A stretch of DNA of 64,000 bases from Azolla caroliniana (lineage: Eukaryota; Plantae; Polypodiophyta): contig JBHGNT010000017.1 in assembly GCA_043228905.1 (NCBI GenBank), positions 4,030,001-4,094,000 on the forward strand, read 5' to 3'. Numbering within the stretch: position 1 is the first letter of the stretch; each line of letters starts with the position of its first letter. The notes under the pieces are model-generated. The model worked only from the letters and a program-made list of their open reading frames with translations, had not been told where the DNA came from and ran no database searches. A program made the position numbers and the translations under genes. Below, in pieces: positions 48,701 to 62,330 of the stretch.

Positions 48701-51700
48701 TTTTCAGTTCTTTCAAACTTAGTTGTACTTCATTTAGAGTTTCCAAAACATAATAATGTAATCTCCATTTTACTTGATCATCCTATAGGTCTGTTTTTAT
48801 CATACCTTCAAAGCTGCACGCGTTATACTAGAGGATCTGAGGTAGGACTTGAATTGCCTGAATACCAATATATCAAGAGGAACTTTTTGGAAACCACGTA
48901 TCCAAGGATGAGCTGACACAATGATAAAAATGACTGACTTCACTACTAGAAACTTCAACGAAAAATAAATAACACAAAATTTCTGACCCATTAAGATGCT
49001 CAATCAAGGAAGGTACGTACTCAGCGCTTGAGCAGCAGTTATCCTCCTATGTCGATCCTTTGTGAGAAGTCTCTTAACAAAGTCCTTTGCTTCCTCTGAC
49101 ATCAGAGGCCATGGTGCTTCTTCGAAGGATGGATCTGATTTTAATATTGACTTGAATATGCCAGACTCAGTGCGTGCCCAAAACGGTCGGCTTCCACTAA
49201 GTAGAATGTAAGTTATAACTCCAATGCTCCATATATCAGCTTCTATGCTGTATGATCGACGAAGAACTTCCGGTGCCACATAGTATGCACTTCCAACAAT
49301 GTCACTCAGTCTCTCATCTGTCATTTTGTTATATGAAGTTAGATTGGTATATATTTTATCTCTTTCTTACTTGCTTTCACAAGACAATATTAGGAAGTGT
49401 ATCCTCTGGTTAGGTCTCACTTTCTATTATGGCCTTTTAGAGACATTCATGTATCTTTCTTTCTTTCATCTATGATGAAACAGTTGTTCTGCATTTATGA
49501 CCATAATATGGAAATCATTTGGGACATTTTGTTATTTCATGTACCTGGTCTCACAAAATCGGACAGTCCAAAATCAATGGCCTTCAGCTGTGCATTCTCA
49601 TCCTTTGTTGTGAAGAGAAAATTCTGAAATGCACCAAACATCAGATTCCAGCTCACCATGAAACTTATTTTAAATCAATACAGTAATGATCCATACAACT
49701 CAAGCATACCTCAGGTTTTAAATCGCGATGCACAACACCCTGAAAGTGGCAAAATGATATGACACTTAGAATTTGTACAACGACAGCCTTTGCATCCTCT
49801 TCAGAATACTTTCCACCTCTGTAATGTCATGTAATTCACATGTCACCCCAGATTAAAAATGTCCCCAAGAATTGGTAAAGAAAAATCATGCTAATCGAGA
49901 TTTACTTTGAAAGTAATTTGTCCAGCAATTCCCCGCCCTCACACAACCTGCCATTCATCTCAAATAGAATCATGTATATGCCTTGAAAAAACACTAGATA
50001 GTGAGTAACTAGATATTATTACTTAAGAGGAGAGCAGAGATGAAGTTATATCTCTCAATTGAATGATCTGCTAGGTACATGAAAAAAATGGCCAATGTCT
50101 CTCCAGCATTATAATTGTCTTAGCCATAGGTATCTGGTGCTACTTTGATTATATCAAATAAGACATGAACCCACTGACTTTGTAGGGTCATGATCATGTG
50201 CATATTACTCAGTGTCAAGAAAGATGAACTCACTCCATAACTATATATACATTTGCATTGTCTTCACAGGAATCATAGAACTTCACTAGATTTGGGTGCC
50301 CAGACAATGCCTTCAGAATCTTAACCTCTCTTTTCACATCCTCGATGGCAATGGCAGTTGTCATCTGGATATAACAACGTAAAGGGCTCAGTTCATTCTT
50401 TTTGGATGATTTCATATTAATCTATTCTCAATTATGAGAGTGCATTGTATCCACATTTAAACTAAGAAAAGTCATAAAAAAATTTAAAGGCGGAAAAAAT
50501 TCACAAATGTTGGAATGCAAGTTTAAACCAAAAACACCATAGAAGTTTATAAAACCAACAAAGCTATGAAAGCTCATACAGTGGAGCTTAAACTTAAACC
50601 AATAAATCTATGAAAGATTATGAAATGGAGATCACGTCCATATCAATGAATCTATGATAAAAGAAACCAAGTTTAAACAAACAAACCCCTTTAGATTTAA
50701 ACAACCAACAAATGCATGGAAACTCATTGCAATGGAACCCAAGGTTAAACCAAGAAATTAATAGAGAAATGGAGCTCATGTCTATACTAATAAATACATC
50801 AAGCTCAAAGAAATGGAGCTCATGTCTATACTGATAAACCCATAGAAACTTCAAATAACAAATCCATGGAAGCTCATGAAATAGAGCCCAAATTTACACC
50901 ATCAAATCCATTGAAAATGTAGACAGATAATCCATTGAAGCTCATGAAATAGAGCCCAAAATTACCATCAAATCTATTGGAAACGTATACAAATAATCCA
51001 TGAAAACTCAAGAAATGGAGCCCAAATTTAAACCAACAAATCAATCAAAGTCAAGAATGGAGCCCAGAAGTTCAAAAGAGTATAGATATTCACACCTTTG
51101 CTTTGGAGATAACCTTGACAGCCGCCAGTTGACCTTTCAAGTCTCCTTTCTTGATCACAGCACGACAAGTATAGCCGAAATGCCCACGTCCGATCACTTC
51201 CTCAGCAATTTCATACTTAATGGTGAAATTTTTGGCATACCCAAAATACTTCTCGAGAGGTTTTTGATCATCCTCTTGATGATTGCCTTCATGAAGGTTA
51301 GATAAACTATCCTTAGATTTCACTTGACCATGGCGCCGAACAAGAAACTCTTGTATGTGCTTTGCAGGCGAAGGAGGGGGGAAGGGTCTTTTGAAGAAAC
51401 CCTGCTTCACATTGTTTGGAGTCCAATTGGCCGACTTTGCATTAGACGGCGTCGAATTGACAGACCTCACATTTATCGGTGTCCCATTGGTTGAGTTTCC
51501 ACTGTCCGAGTTCACACTCGCCAGACCGAATGGCGACAACCACCATAATGGTGAGGCTCTGTATGGTGACTTTGAAGGCAATGGTGTTTTGCTTCCATTT
51601 CTTCCATTTGTTACTATACCTTCTTTGTTTTCTTCAATGACGAATCTTCTGGATACATTGATTTCTGTGTTCCTTTGCTCAGGAATTTCTGCAGCTCCCT

Positions 51701-51719
51701 TGCAATAGCAGATTCCCAT
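45731..51719 (-). CDS. CRK: CDPK-related kinase, 11 exons (51719-51096, 50364-50234, 49947-49906, 49818-49710, 49623-49545, 49317-49021, 48912-48806, 47286-47179, 47073-47011, 46146-45979, 45871-45731), about 622 aa
   Basis: MGICYCK acylation-type N-terminus, [78 protein letters not shown], degenerate EF-hand region and [13 protein letters not shown]. All junctions are GT-AG and in frame. Confidence 0.95.
46190..46960. repeat. (ATGT/ATAC/ATGC)n-derived low-complexity tract in CRK intron 9
   Basis: Directly visible tetranucleotide-derived runs. Confidence 0.8.
50570..51070. repeat. Diverged short tandem repeats in CRK intron 1
   Basis: Recurring gaaat(g/a)gagc(t/c)ca... and aagctcatgaaatagagcccaaa units. 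Confidence 0.65.
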
Positions 51720-52315
51720 GGCATGCTGATGCCAGAGAAATCAGCAAGCAACTCTTGTTGAACCAAAACAATGAAAAACCTAGATCGATAGGAAAACTCA
51801 CAAAGAGCTAACTTTTGATAAGGAAAGCTATTTGTAAAAATTCCTAAATCTACCTTCTTTCAACATCATGCAAAAACCCCTCATCTTGCGTGTTTCCAAC
51901 CTGATGGAATCAAGGTAATAGTAAGAAGAAGAAGAAGAAGAAGAAAAATTTAAAAAGATAAAGAACTATTCGCAACGTGATGGAGGAAAAACTAAAATCT
52001 TCCAATTCCCAAGCTAATGAAAAAGAGCCCAATTCTCAGCTTAGAGAAAATCCTGAATTCTGCCAGGTTCCTTTGTAATCGCAGATAAAGAAGTTACAAA
52101 TGCGACCTAGATTGATATCTATCTGAGAGATGAATGGGATAATAATTGAATGCAATTCATAGAGAAGCTTTTGAATGAAGGAGGGGGGGGGGGGGGGGGA
52201 GGAGACATTAATGAGAGGACTTCATGATTGCTGAGAGTGAGCCCCCCACAAGACAAAAGGGCAATAAAGGGAAGAAAAGGGAAGAATGGGGGTCAAAGGG
52301 GAAAGCTGTCGGTAA

Positions 52316-52320
<5 letters not shown>

Positions 52321-52350
<30 letters not shown>

Positions 52351-52381
52351 CAGGGGAGGGGGACAGGCGGAGAGGCAGAAC

Positions 52382-52413
<32 letters not shown>

Positions 52414-52475
52414 AGGAGGATGAGAATTAGTTAGTTAGTTATGTGAATGAAAGACTCTACTGGTGAGTCCAGAAA

Positions 52476-52506
<31 letters not shown>

Positions 52507-52552
52507 GTGTGTGTGTGTGTGTGTGCGTGAGAGAGAAAGAGAGAGAGAGAGA

Positions 52553-52585
<33 letters not shown>

Positions 52586-52742
52586 TGAGTGTGTGTGTGT
52601 GTGTGTGAGAGGGAGAGAGTATGTGTGTGTGTGTGTGAGAGAGAGAGAGAGTGTGTGTGTGTGTGTGTGTGTGTGCGTGTGCGTGTGCGTGTGTGTGTGT
52701 GCGTGTGTGTGAGAGAGAGAGAGAGAGAGTGTGTGTGTGTGT
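52321..52742. repeat. Compound (GA)n/(GT)n microsatellite upstream of CRK
   Basis: Directly visible. Confidence 0.95.
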
Positions 52743-53614
52743 AGTGGAACAACTTTACTACGATAAAAGAGAGAAAGAGAGGGAAGGGCAATGGGCATTA
52801 TGGACACCCAAAGAAATCACTCCAAGTCTTGTTTGTGCCCATTGTTGTCCATCCACCAACACGGGCCCCATGCCCATGGAACCACCCTGTGGCGAATGCT
52901 TATATCATGAGATTGTGGTTCTCTCGTTCATTCGCATGTCGTCGAAGCACAGAGTGACAAGCCGTAGTTGTGAGCTTCCTCTTGAGGCTTCACATCCATA
53001 TATTGAAAAGGGTGGGTTCAGGGAAGGAAGGCCGCAACGAGGTGTTTGCAATAAACAGGTTCGTTAGCTTTTTTCGCATGCGAGGTTCTTGTTTCACCTG
53101 TGAGGGTTTGCTAGCTCTGGTATGTAATGTTAGACCTTGAATACAAAAGCTCTAGGATTTCGAACAACATAGCGAGGCATGAGCAAAGCAAGTTCTTTTT
53201 TACATAGGAAATGTCTATACCTTTTGGTGAGGTTGAGCATACTTGGAAGGAAGTTGTTGGCCCTACCACTCTTGTCCCCATCACCTAGCTATCTTAGAAT
53301 GTAGAGCCTTGCCAACATAAATGTGTACCGTTGAATGTTGTAAGAAGCAGTAAACTTTTCATTTCCCACATAGAAGGATGCTCAGAGCAAGACTTTGCAT
53401 ACCTGGCAAGATCCATTTCCCCGTCATACCTAAGAGCCTTGGTATTAGAAGTGATAATGTTGAGGAGACCTAACTAAAGTATGGCTTTTCCCACATGGGA
53501 AACCTGTATAAATTCAAGGCTTTATTCCATGATGTGATTGTATCCTATTCACGCAACTACATTGTTGTTTGAGAAAATTCTACTATCTAGGTGGTGTCAT
53601 TTCATACATACAAA

Positions 53615-54036
53615 TAGTAGTCGGCAACGGTTCGGTTTGAACCAAACCAAACCGAACCTGAACCGTAAAAAAAACTTGAACTTGAGCCCGTGGTTTAAAT
53701 GGTTTAATGGTTTTTTATTTTATTTAAATTAAGAAAACAATTTTTTTTTTAAACAATCTTTTCATTTTTAAGCCTAATTCTCCCATTTTAGGAAAATCTT
53801 TAAATTTTTTAAAATTTAAAATTTAAAATAATGAAAAAAATTTGAATTTGAATTTGACCCAAGTTGAAAACCGAAATTGAACCACGAAACCGCGGTTTTA
53901 ACGGTTTAATGGTTTGGATTTTTTAACGGTTCGGTTAAAACGGGATTTTCGTGGTTTGGTTAGGTTCGATTTTCAAAAATTTTAAACGGTTCAGTTTTGA
54001 CACTCTGAAACCAAACCGGATTGTTGCCGATTGTTA
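53615..54036 (-). mobile_element. Non-autonomous hAT-superfamily MITE, copy 2 (same family as 4507-4880, opposite orientation)
   Basis: TSD CATACAAA (53607-53614) / CATACAAG (54037-54044). TIRs tagtagtcggcaacggtt / gattgttgccgattgtta. The reverse complement of its right end aligns to the left end of copy 1 (gagtgtc.aaactgaaccg). Confidence 0.87.
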
Positions 54037-57000
54037 CATACAAGAAATTGAGGCATTCCCATCACATAAAGAATATCCTTACATTCGTGGTGGAACCTAA
54101 TTGAAGGTAACATTACGCCATTGGATACAATGGAACCTTAGCGAAGGGCAATGTTGCATCGAAGTGAAAACAATTGGTCAGGGAGGTAAGAACCTACGAT
54201 TTAAACTTATGGGAGACCATATTCTAGATCTTCATGAACAAGAAGCATGACCCTTGTATGCATCTTTTTTCACCCAACCATGTGTGTGGTTGGGTACTTT
54301 AACCATATGAGAGGTTAAAAGAATCTACATAGTAGGTCTAACATTTGTATTGGTTCAATTGTGGAAGTTTTACTCGTTTGTGTTAATTAGTTGAACATTC
54401 TCCCCATGACCTTTGAAATTGAAATAATTTGGACAAATACTCCTCAAACGACGACTCGATTTTCCTAAGCAACGAAAGATCCACCACACAATTTCTAGAA
54501 TTTAAATACTCTTCCAATTGAAACGTCCATGCCTTCAATGTTAAAGACAATGACAAACCAACTACTAGAGGACTTCAAATGTTGAGATTATGACAACTGA
54601 ACAAATAGTTCACATGCTTATGATGTCCAAGAGTGCGCGCATTTAAACCAAAGTCGGCACGCAAAATGGCTATCCACCATTTGATGCTCTCCTCCAAAAT
54701 ACATGGAATCAACATTTTGTTATACGTGTGAGAAATTGTGTTCGTGACAAATTAATATTTGCAAAATATTTCTTATTATCACCAGAGTGTATTTACTGTA
54801 ATTTCAATCATTGTTATATCGACAGGCTAGAGAGAAATTTATAATATAGCACGATGCAATGTCATTAATGTGCATATGTTGTTAGAAAGACACATATCGA
54901 TGTTATATTCTAGTATCAACATGGTCCACCAAAGAAATATATGGTGGTGCCTCTTAAGAGAAGTTGATGTTATTTTAAAATGTTTTTGAGGACGAGTTTT
55001 GATATTACAAAGATGTCAGGGGGTTAGATCATAGATCCATTTCTAACATATTGCTATAAAAGAGTAATAACTTAAATGACAAACAACTATGCAAGGCTCC
55101 ACCAATGATTTGCAAGAATCCGTTTAGCTAATAGGATCGAAAACTACACACAATTGTTTGCTTATTGCTTTCTTACACTCTTGTTCCCTTTCTGTTATGA
55201 TACCATGCATTGCATTTATGTTTTTTCATGGTGAATGGTCTCAAATGACCTCACTCATCTCTTGAAATGCTAGCCTTGTGATGATTTTCTGCTACGGTAA
55301 TTGAATTTAATCACATATTCATGAAAATATCAAGGAACAACTTTTGAACGCCATGCCTCAATTGTGAGAAACGTCGTAAATATCAATGAGATAATAACTA
55401 TAAAAAAATAGCAATTAGATGAAAGTTAAAATATGTGTTAAATTTACGTGAAAGCTTTGATGCTAAGTGGCAGCATGTGAATAACTTTCCAATATAATGC
55501 ACTTCAAAGGCAATACCATATTTGGGTAAAGAAACCAATGCTAACAAAGCTTTCTATACCACACATGTTATTACTATAGAAATATAGAGAGTGTGAATAA
55601 GCAATTCGTGTAATGTTGATATGTGAAGCATAAATTTAGAAACTGTTTGCTTGGTTAATATGAGTTATGTTTTAGTTTATCATTTCATCAATGCATCAGC
55701 CATATAATGTTGACATCTATTTCTAAAGTTTTTTGTGTTGGATATCAAAGATATGAATGTTGAGAAGCTATATATTTGCTATGGCATACATCATATGTCT
55801 CAATTGATAATATGTAGAAACATGTCGCCCAAACCTATAGGGCAAGCGAAGGCAATGTGTTCTATTGGTTTATATCTACCCTTACCAAAATGTAGTAAAT
55901 GTATGGTGATGAACCCATGTAACAAGACTTTAATCTTTACACTTTTTGTACCTTTATTCAATAAATATCATGTAGTTTATGGCATATCTAAGGCAAACTA
56001 ATGCCTTCATTCTCTTTGCAAATCAACTATTGGTTGATTGACAATCCTTTTCTCTCAACAAATTCTTTTTCTTGTGGTAGATAAGAAAGCCATCAATTTG
56101 GGAGAACTCTAGTGTGATGTACTTTTGTAACAATTTACTCACATCACTCTCATGGCCCTATGACTTAATTGTATTTCATTCACGAGTCTTTCACATTCTA
56201 TGTTTGAATGTGTTAATGCCACACACACACTTTCTATTTCTATCTCGGTCATTGGCTCAGTCATGCTTAGACCATGATCTATTAATGATCTGATTTAGAC
56301 CATGATCAATTAATCATCTAGTTGATATTATTCGAGTTTGAATCTAGGGTTGTCATAAACCTCATCATAGTCGTATGGGTTGATTGTATCATACTTAATG
56401 ATCTCTCTATTTGAGTTATATTTTATCATCCCAATTGGTCTCTTTTTATCATAATGTTTTGTTCATGAGACAATAAAACAACAATTTTTATCTAACAATA
56501 TTGCCCCCCCCCCCCCCCCCGCACACACACACACACACTCCTCAAACTCTTGTTAATAGTTATACCTCCCACTCCTTTGTGGATGGTATGCTAAAAGCAC
56601 AAATAATTATATATCTTATGTTCTTTGCCCCCGTTGTCTAAAAATAGTCCGAAATACTCATATATATGAATGTGTACATAGTGTCAATTAAATGTAAATG
56701 AGATTGGTCTACACTCCATTTATATTTGATATTGAATTATTGGGGATAATGAGCATGTCACATGACTAAGCAACATCGTTTCTCCTTTGTATTATCTAAT
56801 GGCATATTCATAGATCTTTAGCTTTCTTGAAGTCGAGAAATAATTAACAAGAATGGTTGGTACAAACGTCAAGATGACAGAGAGCACTTCAATTGGAGGA
56901 GATTTTGGTAGGGTTCACAAGGAACATAAATTACGCTAGACAAATCATTTGTCAAGTATTTGCATGTTCCCATGTTAAGCCAACTTGCATTTTCAATAAT

Positions 57001-59065
57001 ATGATGATGGAAGTAAATACATAAGAATAGTTTTTTCCCAAACCCCACACCTTGGCAAATCATGGCCATTGAGTGGAATATTGATAAAGCAAATCAAATG
57101 ATGGATGTCTTTATATGAATGGCAAGAAGATGGTGAGGGCATAACACGAAGAGAAGATAAAGAACTTTACTACTTTTTTGTTGAATACACATGAATGTGT
57201 CCCGGTTGCAAATTGTATACAAAATTATGTGCATGTGAAGAAATGTTATGGACTATATTTCAAACAAGCAAGCTTATATATATGTATATATTCTTCTTTG
57301 AAAAGGGAGAACAACAAATAGCACAATAAATGACAAGAAAAAACCAACTATAATATGAACTTCAGTGTTTCATAAAGTTGTTAATAGGCACGAAGCTAAG
57401 TCATGGACTCATAAGGCATCCCATGGTTTCATGGACTTAGAATTTGAACATACCCCTATGTTGTCTACATCAATAATTATGGACGATTTTAATGTTATTA
57501 TTGAGCTATGAAGCTAAACGACATGATAAGATAGTTGAAATAGACCATACTTAAAATATGCAATGACTCTCTCTCTCTCTCTCTCTCTCAATTGGTTTTC
57601 GCAATATGTTAAAAGATACCTATCTATCTACTTTTCAGAAAATGAAAGATTAGGTTCAATGAAAGTGGTTCCCAAGTTCCCCCATAGATGTATTTGCATT
57701 TCATATATGATGGAGAAATGCATCATGCTTTAGTTTAAAGCAGAGGTATCCAAACTAAATAGACTCATTATTAATTTATATCGTAAGGTTGTTGAGAGTG
57801 AATGGATAATGAAGAAAATAAAGTGTGCACTAGTATTTGCTTGATCCATTGAACGCCTTCATACATAAAGAGGAAGTCTTAAGATCAATGTGCTTCAACA
57901 TGAGCCATCAAGTGTGGAAACAAACCATAATATATAAAAAAATTAAGATCACTTGCAACGTAAAGTTGGCCTTTAAAGTACCGAGTTTAAATATATTGAA
58001 ATATAAAGCTAGCTTTTGAGATTCCATGTGTCTTTAACCATTTACTCAAATCTTCTTTAAACACATTCATTTGCTCTTGTCTACCCATTCTCCCCATTGA
58101 ACCTCATGTTCTTTTCCAAATTGTTAACATACACACTTTTCCTTACATAGTGTTACTCCCTAGGCCACATATTCTTCATGGCATTGCTTTTTGCAAAGGG
58201 GTAGTTGATTCCAACTAGCTCCTCGGTGTTTTATTTTACAAAATGCATTCTTTATTGAACAATTGCATCACCCATAGAAAAGTTTTTTTCTCTTCAATTG
58301 TATGGATGTATTTGGAACATGGTTATATTTGTATAACATCCTAACATGGAATCATGTTATTGAAATAATGTGCTTCAAGATCTTATTATTGCAAATATAA
58401 GGTTGACAAATATTTTCCAACATATGCACTCAAATCATGAAAATATAAATTTTGAAAAATATGTTTTGGAGTACTTGATCTACCATGATATATTCATAGA
58501 GTAACACTAACTTGTTGTTTATATTTGAACCATGCTTTCTAAGGGGAATGGAATGTGTTCGAAATGGTAATCAATAATAACTATAATTTATTCACTTCCT
58601 TTTTCGAAGATAGACCATCTCCATCAAACTATTCATGGTGCACGACCTCTCAAAACTAGTGGATACAACTTAGACATTGATATTTTGTTGAAGGGTTGAA
58701 TCTCTCACATGATTATTTGACTGCAGTTATTTCATAGTGTCATGTTTGTACCTATCTAGCAATGCCTTTTATAAGGACAAATGTCTTAACATTTCTCTCT
58801 AATCTTTTTTGATCAATGTATTGAGTCCACTCTCAAATACCGACAAAAGCTTTCAAGTTGTATCAAGATTAAAATAATCATTGAGCTACACAATTAGCAT
58901 ACAATATATTTACACTCACACAAATACAGTTGGTTGGTGCACATTATGCTTTCATACAAACATGGCATCCAATCAATACATATATTGACTTTTGGTATAA
59001 GGTGTTTCATATCATGGCGTTGAGTAAATGTCATGTTCTTTAGTAACCCTATAAAGCTTAATGTT

Positions 59066-61846
59066 TCTTTTTCCAAAAAAAAAACTCCTTCCATTAGTTA
59101 TAAAATTTTACAAATAAGACTATTATGTACAAATCCCTGTAGGGGCGCGAAAGTCCCATCTTATGTGGATGCCCACTGACTCAAGAAAGGGAGAGGACGA
59201 CCATTGTTGGATGAAGGCTATTCGTTGTCTTTCGACTCCATCAGAGCCGCCCTTGAGGCCATCATATTGGCTCTTTAGAGTGACTACAATTCCACTCCAT
59301 ATCTCTTGCAGTAACCTTGTTGGATGCACGGTTTGGTTGGAGAAGACCCGTCTACACCTTTGTTTCCATAGAATCCAAAGAGTTATTGGGCTGGCCAATT
59401 CCAACCCAACTTGAGATTTGTCATTAAGAGGAGTTGAGTGGACATTGCCGTTGGTGGAGAAAGAAACCTCTTGTGCTTTTATCACCAAAGTCATCCCCTC
59501 CTCCTGATGCTCGTATCTGCCAACTGGGGTCTGCCATGATAGCCAACATATATTTCCCCACTTGATTGAGCCTTGCACTTGGCATAATTGCAATAAGCAG
59601 CCAACCCCCAACCATATTCGATGGGACCTTGGGCAGTCCCATAGAGCGTGTCGTATTGATTTTATTGCATTTGGGCACTCTACACAATTAGGAGAGCTAA
59701 GGTTCCCACGTTGCCATGTTCCCACCGGTAGTGACTTATGTATTAATAGTCATTGGAACGTGGTAATTCGCCTCATGTGTTGTTGTTTCTAGATTTTTTG
59801 CAAAACTTGGTGATAATTGTGTGAGGAACTTGAAATGTGTGCCAGACCTTTGCAGCAACCGATTCTTGGGCGGTTTGAGCAGCTAGAATGTGGCGACCCA
59901 ATCTCGTTGTGAATTGGAAGAAAGGGATGGGTTTGCTTCCTTGCCCCGCGTAAGGATCATGCCATGTCCATTGCAAAGGGTCCCAACTAACCTTACGTAG
60001 CCATGTGTTTTCATGAGTACATATGTGCCAATCGGGTTGTACTTTGATCAGATCAGGATCTACAATCCATTTATGACTAGTATACGCGAGTACTCGAATT
60101 GCGTTATTCTGTGTTGGTGTCTCAGTGTCTCGCAATTCAGAGCCTTTGATCATGTCTGGTGTTCCCCTACCTTGCGGGATCAGAGATCCCTCCTCCTCGT
60201 AGCCTATCCATTTCTCCATTGTCGTCCTTTGAGTAGCAACTTCCCTAATCAGTAGAGCGTTAATGATTTCCAATCTCATAGTCCATCCGCCCCTGATTCC
60301 ATGGAGTATGTTGGCTTGATCTTGTAGTGACAGTGACATAAACCGTCTCCAACATTTTATACTTTTTCCTAGACCTTCTGCAATGTATCCCATGACAACC
60401 CCTTACGTAATCCCAATAGTTGATTAGATTCATCCTTGATACATGGGTTCCATAGGATACGTTGACTGAGCCAGGTAGGTTCGGAACTCGGTTGATCGCA
60501 CTTGAGCCCTCGTCTAATTTCATACCATGCCTTCCACATGGATGCACTGAATCTATCCTCCAATTGGCGGGAGAAACTAGGTTTGAGATCCATGTTTAGA
60601 ATCCATCCCGTTTGGGGGGCCCAATTGACCCCTTTTCGTGGCCTAAAGTAAGCGAAACGTAACCCCAGTAGCATTTTCCAATAGTCATTTCCTGGTTGGA
60701 GTCCTCGCACCACAAATTTGGCAAGTAAGGCTTTTGATTGTGAAAGGGGATCAATAAGACCCAATCCCCCTCTCGACTTAGGCATTGTGAGTAATGGCCA
60801 CACCACCTTGGCGTGAGTTACCAGACCAAATGTCGTTGCGGTCCAGCCGTTGAATCTGATGTATACTTTCCTTGGAGATTGTCTGACATGATAGACTGTA
60901 GCATGTTGTTGCGAGTAGTACCTAGTTTGCCACTATGATGTGACCTGCTAGCAACAGTTTTTTCGATCTCCAATGTATCAACTTTTGTCGAATGGAATGA
61001 ATAACGGGTGCAATCATAGTCTCCGGCAGTATGTTGAAACCAATTTGGAAACCCAAATATTTGGTGCTTGCTCCTTGATTGATCCATTTGAAAGCGGGAT
61101 GTGGGTGCCACGCTGGATGTGTTTCATGAGAAAGCCATATTGCGCAGGATTTGTGCCAATTGATCATGGCATTGGATCTCTTGCAAAATACGGCTAACCC
61201 ACTTTCTAGCTTTTGGAGGTTTTCCAAGTCCCCTTGCAGGTAGACCATTGTGTCATCTGCAAATTCTATATCCAGGATGCTTTGGTGAGAATGAGGTACA
61301 GGAAGACCACGTAGGTTGAGATGCCGTGAGTTGAGAAAGCAAGAGAGTGCTTCGGCGTATAATAGAAATAAGGATGGAGCTAGTGGGCATCCCTGTCGTA
61401 TAGATCGGGATATTCGGAAAAAGGGGCCCCTTTCACTTGCCAGTGAAACGCAACTGCTGTCGTTTTTATAAAATCTTGCAAAGCCTTTGATCCATGTCTC
61501 TTGAAAGCTGAATTTCCCCATCACACTTTCTAGAAAGTTCCAACATACCCTGTCATATGCTTTCTCAAAATCTAGTAGCACCACCGCTACCTTGTTGTTG
61601 GTATGCTTGACAAGGGCTACTGCTTCCCAGAATGAGAAGAGGTTGTCTAGGATGCTTCGATTTCTAATGAAACCTGTCTGGGACGGATGAATGAGTTGAG
61701 GAAGAAGTGGTGTTAAACGACGTGCCACGATTTTTGCAAGCAACTTATAGACAGTATTGAGAAGAGTTATGGGCCGCCACTTACTAATGTTGTTGGCACT
61801 CCCACCACTTTTAGGAGTGAGATGTATCATCCCCTGTCCAAATTCC
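59066..61846 (-). mobile_element. L1-type LINE retrotransposon, ORF2 3' part (RT plus C-terminal CCHC region), frameshifted and interrupted by an LTR element
   Basis: WRPITLLNTVYKLLAK, QTGFIRNRSI, LDFEKAYDRV, IRQGCPLAP, EFADDT, KYLGF, PKSRGGLG, CVEC...IRHALWDC and LWILWKQRCRRVF are spread over four ORF pieces. The 3' boundary is approximate. Confidence 0.92.
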
Positions 61847-61950
61847 TGTCATGAACAGTACTGAGACAGAGAAGGAATTAGTACTAAACGAAGGATTAAT
61901 ACTATGAGAGGTGTGGAACTTCTTCGAGAGAAGGAAGAAGTGAGCGAGAC

Positions 61951-62019
<69 letters not shown>

Positions 62020-62330
62020 GTGTGTGTGTGTGTGATGATAAGAAAGATATGTATTATATGAAGAGAATATACAATGGTGGCTAAAAAGCTTAAGACTGGC
62101 GTTGAACCAATTTGGTTCAACATAATGCCTAGTGCCCTCTTTTATAGTGTTTTCAGGAGTAATCCTGAAGCTTCTAGAATGTTCCAGAGAAATTTGGAAT
62201 ATAAACTAATTTCCTATAATAAAATGTAAATGAAAATAATATCCTACGTATTACAATAGATGCTCTAATGGTCAAGAGCTCGACCCATATAACCTAAGGT
62301 CATGGGTTCGAGTCTTGCCATATCATGACA
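61847..62330 (-). repeat. 3' LTR (484 bp)
   Basis: Bounded by the 8-bp inverted termini TGTCATGA...TCATGACA and directly preceded on the minus strand by the PPT (62331-62343). Contains a TATA-like ctataaaa at 62140-62147 and a (CT)n tract. Confidence 0.9.
62259..62320 (+). promoter_or_regulatory. Degenerate tRNA-like cassette with Pol III A-box/B-box inside the LTR
   Basis: D-arm GCTC-taatggtcaa-GAGC (62262-62279) and B-box GGTTCGAGTC (62305-62314) at tRNA spacing. The acceptor and anticodon stems do not pair. Confidence 0.6.

Noticed and set aside
59563-59578. tgattgagcc match to the 5' end of miR171
   Set aside because: Only about 10 nt match, lies inside LINE coding sequence, and no hairpin partner was seen.
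62259-62330. Functional tRNA gene
   Set aside because: The acceptor and anticodon stems do not pair. Kept only as a tRNA-derived cassette.
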